Under the pieces are notes generated by a model. That model saw only the letters and a list, made by a program, of their open reading frames with translations, was not told where the DNA came from and made no database searches. Below, piece by piece: positions 17,148 to 26,667 of a stretch of DNA of 34,925 nt. This DNA is from a virus (taxonomy: Duplodnaviria > Caudoviricetes), in the IMG/VR virus record IMGVR_UViG_3300007988_001053, positions 1 to 34,925 of that record. One strand, given 5' to 3'. The stretch's first letter is position 1, and each line of letters begins with the position of its first letter. Both the position numbers and the translations under genes were made by a program.

Positions 17148-18431
17148 TTAGGCGCGCTCAGCCAGCGTCACGAAGTGAGACTTTGTGAGCGAACCCTTCG
17201 GGGGCGTTACAGGCTTAGACAGGATGGTTTTACCATCCAGGCGCAGCCGCCAGCGGAACGTCTTCAGGCTCTGGTCGAAGTAAACGTGCATCGATTCCGC
17301 GAACTTCGCCGCTGCGGTACGCAGCGCCAGGTAGTAGCCGGACGGGTCTACAAACTGGATATCGCCCTTGGCACCGGACGCTTCCGGGTGTTCGTTGAAA
17401 ATAACCGGGCGCCCCAACAACAGGCCATTAGGCTCTTCCTGATAGCCTGAATTGAGCGGCGTCCAAAGCAGGTTGCCCGCATCATCCTTCAGCTTCATCA
17501 GCTGAGGCAGCAATTCGGAGTTAATTTCCCAGTGTGCTTTTTTCAGGCTGGATGCCAGCATGCGGGTATACATATTGGCGACGTTATCGGCAGTCAGGGT
17601 TTTTGCAGGCTGATTGGCATCTTTAGGTACAGTAATCAGCGCCGGGCTGTTCATGTAACCAAATGGCTTACCTACACCGTCGCCATAGCGGATGGCTTCA
17701 TTGATCGCCCAACGCATAGCCAGAGGGGCCATTGTCATCATGCGCTGACCCAAGCGCGGAGCATCTTCCAACAGGTCTTCATCAACGTTGGCAAACACAC
17801 TCAAACCATTCAGCCGCAGCATGTCTGCTGTTTCTGCATTTATGGTGGTAGGCTCGAACTTTTTCTTGCCCTGATCCCAGTGAGTCTGAATACCTGCCGC
17901 TTCCCATGGAGTGGTGACATCTTTAAGGAAGGTAACAGAAGACATTCCCGTGATTTCAGAAGTAACCTTGTCCATCATGTCGCCTACGTCTTCTTCCAGA
18001 AGCGTAAAAATCTGATTGCGCATCGCCGGTGGCAGACTGAAACCTTCATTGCCGCCGTCACTGGTAACGACGCTCCCAGCAGAAGCCAGTAAGCGCGGGT
18101 CAACATCACCCTTCGCCGCAGCATGAATCGCCTTGAAAAACTCACCTTCGCTGTTGAAGCCACCCATGGCTTCAAGCCCTTCATCCTTTACCTGGGCATT
18201 GCCACCAAGGCCATCCGGCTTGGTCTTACGGCCTGCCAGCTGGGCTTGCTCTGCATCCAGCGCGTCGAATTCTTCGGCCTGGGCAATTTTCTGCTTCAGG
18301 TCTGCACACTTGGTTGCCAGCTGCTCCAGCTCCTGCGCTTCGGCTTCGGTGTATTCACGGCCGGCCGCTTCCGCTGCTGCGCGGATTTCTTTGGCGCGGG
18401 CCAGTGCTTTTTTCAACAGTTCTTTAAGCAT
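17148..18431 (-). CDS. Major capsid protein (HK97 fold) with N-terminal coiled-coil scaffolding domain
   Basis: 427 aa; YGDGVGKPFG, LKDDAGNLLW, LLGRPV and FRWRLRLDG motifs. Confidence 0.95.
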   Translation of the reverse strand: MLKELLKKALARAKEIRAAAEAAGREYTEAEAQELEQLATKCADLKQKIAQAEEFDALDAEQAQLAGRKTKPDGLGGNAQVKDEGLEAMGGFNSEGEFFKAIHAAAKGDVDPRLLASAGSVVTSDGGNEGFSLPPAMRNQIFTLLEEDVGDMMDKVTSEITGMSSVTFLKDVTTPWEAAGIQTHWDQGKKKFEPTTINAETADMLRLNGLSVFANVDEDLLEDAPRLGQRMMTMAPLAMRWAINEAIRYGDGVGKPFGYMNSPALITVPKDANQPAKTLTADNVANMYTRMLASSLKKAHWEINSELLPQLMKLKDDAGNLLWTPLNSGYQEEPNGLLLGRPVIFNEHPEASGAKGDIQFVDPSGYYLALRTAAAKFAESMHVYFDQSLKTFRWRLRLDGKTILSKPVTPPKGSLTKSHFVTLAERA

Positions 18432-18524
18432 GGTTTTCTCCTGCTATGGATGTGATTAGCTCCACCGGCCCGGATGGCAGTGTCGCTGGGGTTGAAATGG
18501 GTTAAGGGGTTATTTGACTAAGGT

Positions 18525-19415
18525 TCAGTCGAATTTGGCGAACATGGCATCGGCCTGCGCGCGGGTTAAGCGGCCTGCCGGTGGCTGTCGGGTTTTGAGG
18601 TTGGCCAGGGTGGTTTCCAACGGCTGAATGGCGTCGATAAGACCGAAACCCTGCGCCTCGTGGGCGAACCAGGTGCGGCCATCGGCCAGCGGCTTCAGGT
18701 CGGCTTCAGCGATGCCACGGCCCTTAATGATCACAGCCAGAAATTCTGCATAAAGCTGATCGACCACGCGCTGCACTTCAGCCTTTTGTTCTTCCGTTAC
18801 CGGAACACCTTCCAGCCCGGTGGATTTGTGTTCGCCGGTGTCGATTTTGTGTACGTCGATACCTGCGTTCTGGTACATGCGGGAGGTGTCCCACAGCACG
18901 GTGCGCACGCCGATGCTGCCGATGGTGTTCATGCGGTGGCTGGCGTAGATGGCATTGGCCGGTGCAGCGATGTGGTAGCCAGCACTGGCCAGCGTACCTT
19001 CGATCTGCACCACTACGTTTTTATCTTGCGCGGCGTTGGCGAGTTCATCGGTTAATTCGTGCATGCCGCGCACATCGCCGCCGGGTGTATCAGACAGCAC
19101 GACAAGGTGGTCGATGGTTTCGTCCATGCGCGCCGCCCGCACTGCAGCCCGTACATGCTGGGTACTGGTAACGTAGTTGCTGGGCCACGGGTAGCTTTTG
19201 AGCATGATGCCGCGCACGGGAATGATGGCGATATTGTCGCGGATGGTGATGGGCAAGCCGTTGCGCTCGGCATCGATGGCTGGGCCTGCGGTGATGGCAC
19301 CGTAAGCCTGCAGCTGCGGGTTGGCCGCGCGCTCAGATTGCAGCAGCCCTTCCAGTGCGTTCAGTTGGGTTTGGCCCAGGGCGCTGATGCCCCACAGCAG
19401 TGTTCGTTCAAACAT
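18525..19415 (-). CDS. Prohead protease, S49 family
   Basis: DTPGG, ASAGYHIA and IGSIGV motifs. Confidence 0.93.
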   Translation of the reverse strand: MFERTLLWGISALGQTQLNALEGLLQSERAANPQLQAYGAITAGPAIDAERNGLPITIRDNIAIIPVRGIMLKSYPWPSNYVTSTQHVRAAVRAARMDETIDHLVVLSDTPGGDVRGMHELTDELANAAQDKNVVVQIEGTLASAGYHIAAPANAIYASHRMNTIGSIGVRTVLWDTSRMYQNAGIDVHKIDTGEHKSTGLEGVPVTEEQKAEVQRVVDQLYAEFLAVIIKGRGIAEADLKPLADGRTWFAHEAQGFGLIDAIQPLETTLANLKTRQPPAGRLTRAQADAMFAKFD

Positions 19416-20670
19416 CAGCTTTCCCCTTTTGTTGGATGGTGTTGCGGTTTTGGTTGGCGTAGTCGAGGCTGACCATGTTCATCTGTACCAGGCGCAGGTC
19501 GCCGCCCTCTACCGGGTTTTTATCTTCAAGGCCCAGTACATCGTTAATGCTGTATACGCCGCGATCCATCATGGTTTTGTAGTATTCCTGACGGGTCTTC
19601 AGGTCGCCGCGCAGCAGGCTGTTGAAGTTGATTTTGTTGTAGTAGTTACCACGCAGCAGCTTGGCGTTAATTTCTTGCTCAAGCCGAACCGCCCAACGCA
19701 TGAGGCAGTCGGTAACGTATTCGATATTCTGGGCTTCGATGTTGTTGTTGGTGCTGCGCTCCAGATCCGCGACCTTGTGGGGCGGCACGCCGAACCAGCG
19801 ACAGATTTCTGTTACGCCGAATTTGCGAGACTCCAGAAACTGAGCCTCTTCCGGATTAATGGTTACCTGCTTAAACTTCTGGCCCGGCTCTAAAACCGCC
19901 ACGCCACCATTACTGCCTGCGCCACGATGTTCTTTTTTCCAAGTGCCTTTCAGATTTTTAGCAGCATCTGGCCCCCACTCATCCGGTGTTACTGCGCCGT
20001 CGGCCCATTCGATAACACCGCCGGGGATTGCGCCGTTACCGAAAAAGGCAGCACCGAAGTGCTCCATGGCAATGCCGAGGCTGATGGCTTGACGGGCAAA
20101 GGCGATAACGGACAGACCGACAACGCCGTCGCGGCTGAAGCCCTTCAGGTGCAGCACCTGGTCGGGCCGCAGGTAGGTGTTCGCCGCTCCACCGTTGCTG
20201 ATTTCGTAAATGAGATTACCGCTGTTTGTGCGGGTTGGATTTACGCGACCCCACTCAAATTGCCACAACGCACCGGGCTCGCCGTTGCGCAGCGATTCGA
20301 TTTCGGCAATACCGTTGCCGCCAGTAAGGGCCGCAGCAAGCAGACTTTGTTTGAAATCAAACGATGTGGTTTCAGGGTTCGCCATGCGGTACAGAAGATG
20401 ATCTGCACCGTGACTGCTGGCAACCTCCCGGCGGTCGCCATCCGACTGATAAACCCGGTGCGGCATCATAGCGATATGCTCACTAATCAGACGCACACAT
20501 GCCCAGACAGCGCTGTAGCTTAAGGCGCTGTCGGTGGTGACCGGAACGCCCGCAATCGGCCGGCGCAACATGCCTCCGAACCACCCGCCGCCAGATTGTT
20601 GCGGGGCTTCAGGCGCAGTGCTGCGGGCGTCGATATTCAGCCCAGCACCAATGCCAGAAAACAGGCTCAT
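19408..20670 (-). CDS. Portal protein (HK97 family)
   Basis: SAVWACVRLIS, VLHLK, FFGNGAIPGG and QFLESRKF...EICRWFGVPP motifs. Confidence 0.97.
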   Translation of the reverse strand: MSLFSGIGAGLNIDARSTAPEAPQQSGGGWFGGMLRRPIAGVPVTTDSALSYSAVWACVRLISEHIAMMPHRVYQSDGDRREVASSHGADHLLYRMANPETTSFDFKQSLLAAALTGGNGIAEIESLRNGEPGALWQFEWGRVNPTRTNSGNLIYEISNGGAANTYLRPDQVLHLKGFSRDGVVGLSVIAFARQAISLGIAMEHFGAAFFGNGAIPGGVIEWADGAVTPDEWGPDAAKNLKGTWKKEHRGAGSNGGVAVLEPGQKFKQVTINPEEAQFLESRKFGVTEICRWFGVPPHKVADLERSTNNNIEAQNIEYVTDCLMRWAVRLEQEINAKLLRGNYYNKINFNSLLRGDLKTRQEYYKTMMDRGVYSINDVLGLEDKNPVEGGDLRLVQMNMVSLDYANQNRNTIQQKGKADV

Positions 20671-20837
20671 TCAGCACCCCCACGCGCCATCAGTAGGCCC
20701 AGCAGCAGCAGCAGGACACCTACGGCCAGCATGGCCGGACCAGTACCCAGCAGCTGATGAACACCGCCGCCGATCAGGCCCAGCGACAGCAGCAGGATGG
20801 TGTCCAGCTTGCTGAGGTTTGGAGCTTTGAGTTTCAT
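20667..20837 (-). CDS. Small two-TM membrane protein between terL and portal, 56 aa (not in ORF track)
   Basis: MKLKAPNLSKLDTILLLSLGLIGGGVHQLLGTGPAMLAVGVLLLLLGLLMARGGAE, with ATGA overlaps at both ends. Confidence 0.8.
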   Translation of the reverse strand: MKLKAPNLSKLDTILLLSLGLIGGGVHQLLGTGPAMLAVGVLLLLLGLLMARGGAE

Positions 20838-22552
20838 AGTTCACCGTCTGCGTAAATGGAGCGCGGCCGCTTTTTCACGGGCATCAGGATCATCATTCCC
20901 AAGGCCATAATGGTGGCGGCTGCAGCGTCGATTTTTTCTTTCACTTTGGATTTGTCGGGCTTGATGTCGCCGGCCGGATTGGTGTCAGCAACCAGATTGG
21001 CACAACACCAGTAGAACAGCGGGTTGCTGTATTCCAGCTGCCGGTTCAGCACCCGCACCATCAGCTCCTTCATAGGGGCCGACATAGATTCGAATCCCTG
21101 CCCGAATTTGACCATGGGCGCACCCTCGGCCAGCAAGTCGTTTACCAGCTGGTTGGAGTTCCAGCGGTCGAATGCGATTGCTGTAACATTGAAATAAGCC
21201 AGCGCTTGGCGCAGGTCTTTTTTCATGTATTCATAATCGACCGTTTCGCCCGGCGTCAGCTGCAGGTGGCCCGATACCAAAAAGCGCTCCAGCGACTTGT
21301 CGCCCTTAGACAACCGCCGGTCCAGCGCCCCCTGCGGCAAGTAGGCACGCACGAAGGTGCGGGTTTTGCCTTTATGGGTGATGGTGAAGGCGGCGGCGGT
21401 AATATCTTCAACCGCTGATAAATCGAGGCCACCCCAGGCATCTGCACCTTTAAATTCTTCATTGCCATTCCACGGCGCCTGGTCGTCATAGTCGGCTTCA
21501 CACTGCTTCAGCCGTTCGAGGTTCATCCACTTGGCTTCACCCCGCACCTTGATATCAAGCCGCTTGGTTAAAAACTCGATACGCTCTGTTGGGATTTCCT
21601 TGGCCATGCGGCACTGTTCGCGCATGTCATCGGGGTTCACCGATACTCCCCAGTTCGGATTTGCTTTAATCCATTCTGACTCTTTATCCCAATCTTCCGG
21701 ATCGTCGAGCGTGTAGATGATGGCGAAGTAACTATCATCATCAACTGCACCTTCCAGCACTCGCTGCGCGTAGTCCTGCTGGTCAGCATCCGGCCCATCA
21801 ACCAGAAATCCTTCGGTTGTAATTGTCCAGATAAGAGGCTGCTTTCGGGCGCCACGAGCAGATTTAATAACGTCCCAGACCGCTGACGTTTGGTGTGCAT
21901 GCAGCTCGTCGATCAATCCGAAGTGAACGTTCAGACCGTCCATAGATTTGCTGTCTTTGCTAAGAGCCTGCAACCTGCCCCGGCTTCCCTTCGCAACAAC
22001 CCGGTTAGCGTACTGCTGCACCAACTTCGACAGCTTTGGAGACTGGTCAATCATGGCGACGGCTGCGTCGTATAACTCTTTGGCCTGATCCAGCTTTGTC
22101 GCGGCGGAATAAACACGCGGACCACCTTCGTTGTCAGCCAGCAGGCCGTAACTTGCGATAAACGCCAGCTTTGTAGACTTGCCGTTTTTCCTCGCGACTT
22201 TTTCGTAAACGATACGGAATCGGCGGGTGCCGTCCTCTCGCATCCAACCGAACACGTTAGCAACGATAAAACACTGCCAGCCTTGCAACTCAAGCGGCAG
22301 GCCAGCAAATTCGCCCTCGTACTGGCGGCAGTAACCACTGAACCGAAAGACTCGCGCTGCCGCTCGCTCATCGAAAGACAGACCACGTTCGCCGCCTGTT
22401 TCGAGATCGTGAAACCAGCGTTTAACCGCCAGCTTTACCCACTTACACGCAGGAATTTTTCCATCACGAACATCCTCTGCATACTGGTATGCCATGTCGA
22501 GGTACTTACGACCCAGATCGACCGCCGGCACCTGCTTCATTACAGCGTTCAC
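20834..22552 (-). CDS. terL: Terminase large subunit
   Basis: Walker A ARKNGKS, Walker B LIDELH, nuclease motifs GGLDLS and KIDA. Confidence 0.97.
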   Translation of the reverse strand: MNAVMKQVPAVDLGRKYLDMAYQYAEDVRDGKIPACKWVKLAVKRWFHDLETGGERGLSFDERAAARVFRFSGYCRQYEGEFAGLPLELQGWQCFIVANVFGWMREDGTRRFRIVYEKVARKNGKSTKLAFIASYGLLADNEGGPRVYSAATKLDQAKELYDAAVAMIDQSPKLSKLVQQYANRVVAKGSRGRLQALSKDSKSMDGLNVHFGLIDELHAHQTSAVWDVIKSARGARKQPLIWTITTEGFLVDGPDADQQDYAQRVLEGAVDDDSYFAIIYTLDDPEDWDKESEWIKANPNWGVSVNPDDMREQCRMAKEIPTERIEFLTKRLDIKVRGEAKWMNLERLKQCEADYDDQAPWNGNEEFKGADAWGGLDLSAVEDITAAAFTITHKGKTRTFVRAYLPQGALDRRLSKGDKSLERFLVSGHLQLTPGETVDYEYMKKDLRQALAYFNVTAIAFDRWNSNQLVNDLLAEGAPMVKFGQGFESMSAPMKELMVRVLNRQLEYSNPLFYWCCANLVADTNPAGDIKPDKSKVKEKIDAAAATIMALGMMILMPVKKRPRSIYADGEL

Positions 22553-23025
22553 AGATCCAGCTGCCCCTGGTTTGGGTTCTCCAATTTAATTGCCTGCCGG
22601 GCGCGCGGAGTCATACCCAGCTGCTGCTCCAGCTTGGCCAGTTGCTCTGCGGCCTGTTTTCGCAACACTGCCTCAACAGACATTTGCTTTGCACCAGTTG
22701 GGAAAATCTGAATCGCTGCCTTTCCGCGATTTTTCTGGCACTCAGAATTCCAGTGCTGCCACTCGCAATACGTGACCACGTAGCGATGAAATACAGACAG
22801 ATCAATTTCAGAAATAATGCCCAGCTCAACGAGCTTGGCGCCCATCGAATCCCAGAGTGCTTTTTCCGGGGCTTTCAACCCCTTCGGCTGGTCAGGCAAA
22901 CCAGCAACAACACCCTGATACAAATCATCATCAGCGCCACTCTGCTGAGAACCCGCAACGGCAGCGCCTGACATAGAGTTTTTGGGTTCCAGCGGGATGA
23001 CATTGGCGCGAGTATTCTCTGCCAT
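22549..23025 (-). CDS. terS: Terminase small subunit (P27 family)
   Basis: PKGL...LW...ID...RYV...QLGMTPRAR pattern; GAGGTG RBS before ATG at 23025. Confidence 0.9.
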   Translation of the reverse strand: MAENTRANVIPLEPKNSMSGAAVAGSQQSGADDDLYQGVVAGLPDQPKGLKAPEKALWDSMGAKLVELGIISEIDLSVFHRYVVTYCEWQHWNSECQKNRGKAAIQIFPTGAKQMSVEAVLRKQAAEQLAKLEQQLGMTPRARQAIKLENPNQGQLDL

Positions 23026-23043
23026 CAATCACCTCACAAAAAC

Positions 23044-23065
23044 AAAAAAGCCCGGAAAACCGGGC
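23044..23065 (-). terminator. Intrinsic terminator upstream of terS
   Basis: Minus strand GCCCGG-TTTT-CCGGGC followed by T6. Confidence 0.7.
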
Positions 23066-23096
23066 ATAAAAAAGGGATCAAACAATATGCTGTTTA

Positions 23097-23190
23097 ACCC
23101 CCCCCCTAAAAATTAGACATCTCACACGGAGGGTTACCCCTTCGTTCGCGGCATTTCAGGGTCGGAAGGATTTGCACCCCCCTCCCCATC
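23097..23190. other. Probable cos (cohesive-end) region
   Basis: Non-coding gap between HNH and terS bounded by G-runs on the minus strand. This is the usual cos position in HK97-like phages; the exact cut site was not determined. Confidence 0.55.
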
Positions 23191-23197
23191 ACCAGAA

Positions 23198-23565
23198 TCA
23201 GGCCCGGACCTTTTCACCAATGCGGTTGTGGCAGTCATGACACAGCGGCCGAAGGTTGCTCCACTCCCAAAACAATTCAGGGTGAGACTTAGCAGGCTTG
23301 ATGTGATCGACAATCTCAGTGGCACGCACCAAACCATTGCGCTCACACTCGCAGCACAAGGATGGCGCTTCTTATAAACAATACTCAGCTTGCGCCACCG
23401 CTGCGTTGAATACAGCCGATCAGATTCAGCACGCCGCCGGTTGTAGTCCTGCTGACCCAGCTTGCGATTATTAGCTGCAGCGGCCTGGTGCTGGTCGCAA
23501 TAACCACCACGCACAAGCACACCACAACCCGGATGCTTGCACAGCGTTGGAGCTTTAGCGGGCAT
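23198..23565 (-). pseudogene. HK97 gp74-like HNH packaging endonuclease with a 1-nt frameshift
   Basis: One frame gives MPAKAPTLCKHPGC...YKKRH. Adding one base at about 23358-23361 continues as PLCCECERNG...VDHIKP...LFWEWSNLRPLCHDCHNRIGEKVRA* (122 aa). Confidence 0.88.
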
Positions 23566-23809
23566 GATCATCATCGCGGCGAATCATGGCAGCAGCCTGC
23601 CAATCCTTCCGCGCCTGTTCACGCTCAGCAAGATCAAGATGGCGTTGCTTGTAGTACCAGTTCACAACGAACGTAGCCGCAGCGAGGGCAACACCAATTA
23701 ACCCGAATAATTCATTCATGCTGAATCCAGTCACAGCAACTGCCCCGCTCGTTCCATAAGCCGCCACGCTTGCCGCTCGCTCCATCACCACATCGTGAAC
23801 ACTGCTCAC
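23555..23809 (-). CDS. Holin-like protein (HP1 family)
   Basis: 84 aa; hydrophobic segment ending ATFVVNWYYKQR. Confidence 0.75.
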   Translation of the reverse strand: MSSVHDVVMERAASVAAYGTSGAVAVTGFSMNELFGLIGVALAAATFVVNWYYKQRHLDLAEREQARKDWQAAAMIRRDDDHAR

Positions 23810-24228
23810 TTAATCCGCTCCGTTGACTTGCCCTTGCTCTTGTCGAAACTGCGCATACCACCAATGCCCAACATTCCAGACAGAATCACCCACAGGGTTT
23901 CGTCTGGCAGCACCGACGGATACAGCGCATCAGCCGGGATAACCCCGCCCATCTGCAACAGATGCCACCCCCACACCAACAGAGGGTACAGAAGGAATTG
24001 ATACGCCAGCGCAGCTGCACCGATCCAGCCAACGGCAGGCCGCCAACCAGCAACAAACAGACTCTTATGCTGAGCCTCCGCCGCATTAACAGCCATCTGC
24101 CCCTTAGCAACCTCCGCCGCAATCTGCTGCTCCTGAATACGCAGCTTCAGGCGCTCTTCATCGCTGGTGAATAAATCATCCGCAAGACCGGCCACACCTG
24201 CCACAACCTGAGCAATACCAGCAGACAT
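23806..24228 (-). CDS. 3TM holin-family protein (GTA-type)
   Basis: LFTSDEER...VNAAEAQH.SLFVAGWRPAVGW...GMLGIGGMRSFDK. Confidence 0.85.
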   Translation of the reverse strand: MSAGIAQVVAGVAGLADDLFTSDEERLKLRIQEQQIAAEVAKGQMAVNAAEAQHKSLFVAGWRPAVGWIGAAALAYQFLLYPLLVWGWHLLQMGGVIPADALYPSVLPDETLWVILSGMLGIGGMRSFDKSKGKSTERIK

Positions 24229-24743
24229 TACGCCACTCCCTGCAACGTGCGATTAATCCAACCCAACAGGAACTTACCTTGTGCCCGGTCGTTATTAACG
24301 ATGGCCGCATAGCGCGCCACCTTTGCCAGGGCATACTTAACCGCAAACAATTCCGCAGGCATTGCATTAATGGCGCGAGCAGTCACAGGCCCAGCCACAC
24401 CATCAGCTGAAACACCAGCAACCACCTGAGCCAAACGAACAGCAACACGCACACCGGCATTCACTGCAAAGTCGAAAATATCCGCCGCTACGTCGTCGGC
24501 CGCCAAGTCATCACAACCTGCAGGAATCCAGAAATTATCGGTATAAAACTGCTCAACCAGCTGACGCAATTCAGGCGAATTAATCTGGCCAGAATCAACC
24601 AGCCGCCAACCCGGCCAACCGCCCCAGAAATTACGGGCAATACCGGCGAACGTCATCCCGCCACGGTCACCCGCAACGGTATGCAGCACATAGCCGCCCT
24701 CATTGCGGATCATCTGATCAAACGCAGGAGAAAAGGCAGCCAT
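24228..24743 (-). CDS. Endolysin, glycoside hydrolase family 108, with peptidoglycan-binding C-terminus
   Basis: EGGY...DRGGMTFAGI, FDFAVNAG, ADGVAGPVT, FLLGWINR. ATG at 24743 is preferred over 24833. Confidence 0.92.
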   Translation of the reverse strand: MAAFSPAFDQMIRNEGGYVLHTVAGDRGGMTFAGIARNFWGGWPGWRLVDSGQINSPELRQLVEQFYTDNFWIPAGCDDLAADDVAADIFDFAVNAGVRVAVRLAQVVAGVSADGVAGPVTARAINAMPAELFAVKYALAKVARYAAIVNNDRAQGKFLLGWINRTLQGVA

Positions 24744-24755
24744 AAATAAAACTCG

Positions 24756-24849
24756 AAAAAAAGCCCGGACGAACCGGGCAAAGAGAGAGGAAGCAAGACC
24801 ATCAAAGTGCAGAAACAAAAAAGGCCCAATCATTTCTGACCGGGCCTTT
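24756..24849 (-). terminator. Two tandem intrinsic terminators in the late leader (tR'-like)
   Basis: GGCCC/GGGCC stem at 24823-24846 with T6, and GCCCGG/CCGGGC stem at 24763-24779 with T7, between Q and the endolysin. Confidence 0.8.
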
Positions 24850-24879
24850 ACTTGTGCGCACTATCTGACGCTAGGTTGC

Positions 24880-24907
24880 ATTTTCCTGATTATTCCCACG
24901 TTTGCAA
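24880..24907 (-). promoter_or_regulatory. Candidate late promoter (pR'-like)
   Basis: Minus strand TTGCAA, 16 bp, GAAAAT, just after the Q stop and upstream of two terminators. Confidence 0.5.
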
Positions 24908-24931
24908 TACTTTTTTTCAAACGTAATAAAT

Positions 24932-25294
24932 TCAAACGCAGCAGCGAAACTCAGCAAGGGTAATATTTAATTTAGAAAATGCTGAATCACGGAGCCTGTA
25001 CGCCTTACTGCTGCTCATACCCAAAGCACGACAATGCTGCACAACAGTCGAATCCAGCACCGTATAAAATTCTTTAATCACCGCCCTCTCATCATCTGGC
25101 AGAAGGCATACCGCCCGTTCAATTTCCTCAACCTCAGCCGACCATAAAACACGCGACCCGCGATCACCATCAACAGAAACCAAAGCACCCAACAAATTAC
25201 CGGACGACGCCAAACCAACCCCGCCCGTCGCAGCCTCCCCCCAAATTAGCAAGCGCGAATGAATATCAGCCTTACGCTCTTTGTTCATCGTCAT
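24932..25294 (-). CDS. Late-gene antiterminator Q-like protein
   Basis: 120 aa; IHSRLLIWG N-terminus and a C-terminal HTH-like segment (CRALGMSSSKAYRLRDSA); directly before the late leader. Confidence 0.75.
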   Translation of the reverse strand: MTMNKERKADIHSRLLIWGEAATGGVGLASSGNLLGALVSVDGDRGSRVLWSAEVEEIERAVCLLPDDERAVIKEFYTVLDSTVVQHCRALGMSSSKAYRLRDSAFSKLNITLAEFRCCV

Positions 25295-26667
25295 ACAAAA
25301 TCCTCCCCCTCTTCTCTTTCCTGCCGCATCCCCGGCTTGTCCATTCCCTCCATCCGGTTATAGCTACCCATCCACACCAGGTAATCAGTCCCCGGCTCGC
25401 CATCACGCAGCTTTGCCGAAATAACCTCAACCTGCCCCGGATACTGCGTGTTCTCGTTGTAATATTCATCGCGGTACAAAAACTGAATAACGTCAGCATC
25501 CTGCTCAAGGCTTCCACTCATGCGCAGATCGCTCATCATTGGCCTTTTATTCGCCCGCTTTTCACAGTCGCGGTTAACCTGACTCAACCCGATAACCACA
25601 CACCCCAAATCCTTCGCCAGCTTCTTCAGAGCACGAGAAACCTGCCCAACCCGCAACGTCTCGTTATCCGTTTTTAGCGTCGATTCAACCAAGCCAATAT
25701 GATCCACAATCACAAAATCCAGAGGCGTTTTACGGTGCTGGCGCTTTGCCCGCGCCACCAATTCAGTAATCGGAAGGCTTGCCTGGTCATCAAAAAATAA
25801 CTGACCGGCGCTTTTTGCTAACGTCGTAACGGCAGCGCCAAAACGCGAAGTCTGCTCATCAATGGTCAACACCTTGCCACTCTTCAACAGCCCCAGCTTT
25901 ACCTTCCCTTCAGCCGCCGTCATACGCTGCACCAGCTGCCGGGTGGGCATTTCAAGACTGAACACCATGCCGTTTTTCTTCTGCACGCCCGCCATATGCC
26001 TCGCAGCGTTCAGCGCATATGCCGTTTTACCCATAGCCGGACGCCCCGCCCAAATATGGAACTCACCCGGCTGACCACCACCCAGTCGATAATCCACATG
26101 CTGAAAACCAGTCAACAAACCATGAATGCCAGGATTATTTGCCACCTGATCAATATGATCGACCATCGCCTTTAACGCCTGCGGCAACGACAACACAGAG
26201 TTCTGCCGCTCATGCCGCTCCGTAACGGTAAGAATCTGCTGCAACTGCGCCAGCCTGCTCTGGTGATCCGCATAACCGTCATCAAGCAGGCATTGCATCA
26301 TCTGCTGCGCAGCATGCAAATATGCCCGCTCAACAGAAAATTCCATCACCAGCCGAGCATAAGCCACAGCGTTATCAACCGACGGGATATACTCAAGCAA
26401 ATGGTTCAAATACACCGCCCCGCCAACAGCATCAAGCAGCCGCATACCGCCCAAATATTCAACAACCGTAACCACATCAATCGGAGTTCTGGCCTCAGCT
26501 AACGCCGCGCAAGCCGAATAGATTTCACGGTTACGCGCGTCGTAAAAATGCTCGCCCAACAAACCAACAGCCTGCACATCATCAAACGCCTGCTCATCCA
26601 ACAACAAAGCGCCAACAACACTCTGCTCCGCCTCCGAACTCCACAACTGCCGCTGAAAACCACTCAT
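25291..26667 (-). CDS. dnaB: Replicative DNA helicase (DnaB family)
   Basis: SEAEQSVVGALL, Walker A AGRPAMGKT, FSLEM, LSQVNR and SDLRMSGSLEQDAD. Confidence 0.96.
   Translation of the reverse strand: MSGFQRQLWSSEAEQSVVGALLLDEQAFDDVQAVGLLGEHFYDARNREIYSACAALAEARTPIDVVTVVEYLGGMRLLDAVGGAVYLNHLLEYIPSVDNAVAYARLVMEFSVERAYLHAAQQMMQCLLDDGYADHQSRLAQLQQILTVTERHERQNSVLSLPQALKAMVDHIDQVANNPGIHGLLTGFQHVDYRLGGGQPGEFHIWAGRPAMGKTAYALNAARHMAGVQKKNGMVFSLEMPTRQLVQRMTAAEGKVKLGLLKSGKVLTIDEQTSRFGAAVTTLAKSAGQLFFDDQASLPITELVARAKRQHRKTPLDFVIVDHIGLVESTLKTDNETLRVGQVSRALKKLAKDLGCVVIGLSQVNRDCEKRANKRPMMSDLRMSGSLEQDADVIQFLYRDEYYNENTQYPGQVEVISAKLRDGEPGTDYLVWMGSYNRMEGMDKPGMRQEREEGEDFV

Noticed and set aside
23134-23574. 146-aa ORF as an intact protein
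   Set aside because: Its C-terminal half is out-of-frame read-through of the frameshifted HNH gene.
23886-24122. Nested ORF in the 3TM holin as an Rz1-like lipoprotein
   Set aside because: The hydrophobic stretch ends LAGS with no lipobox Cys.
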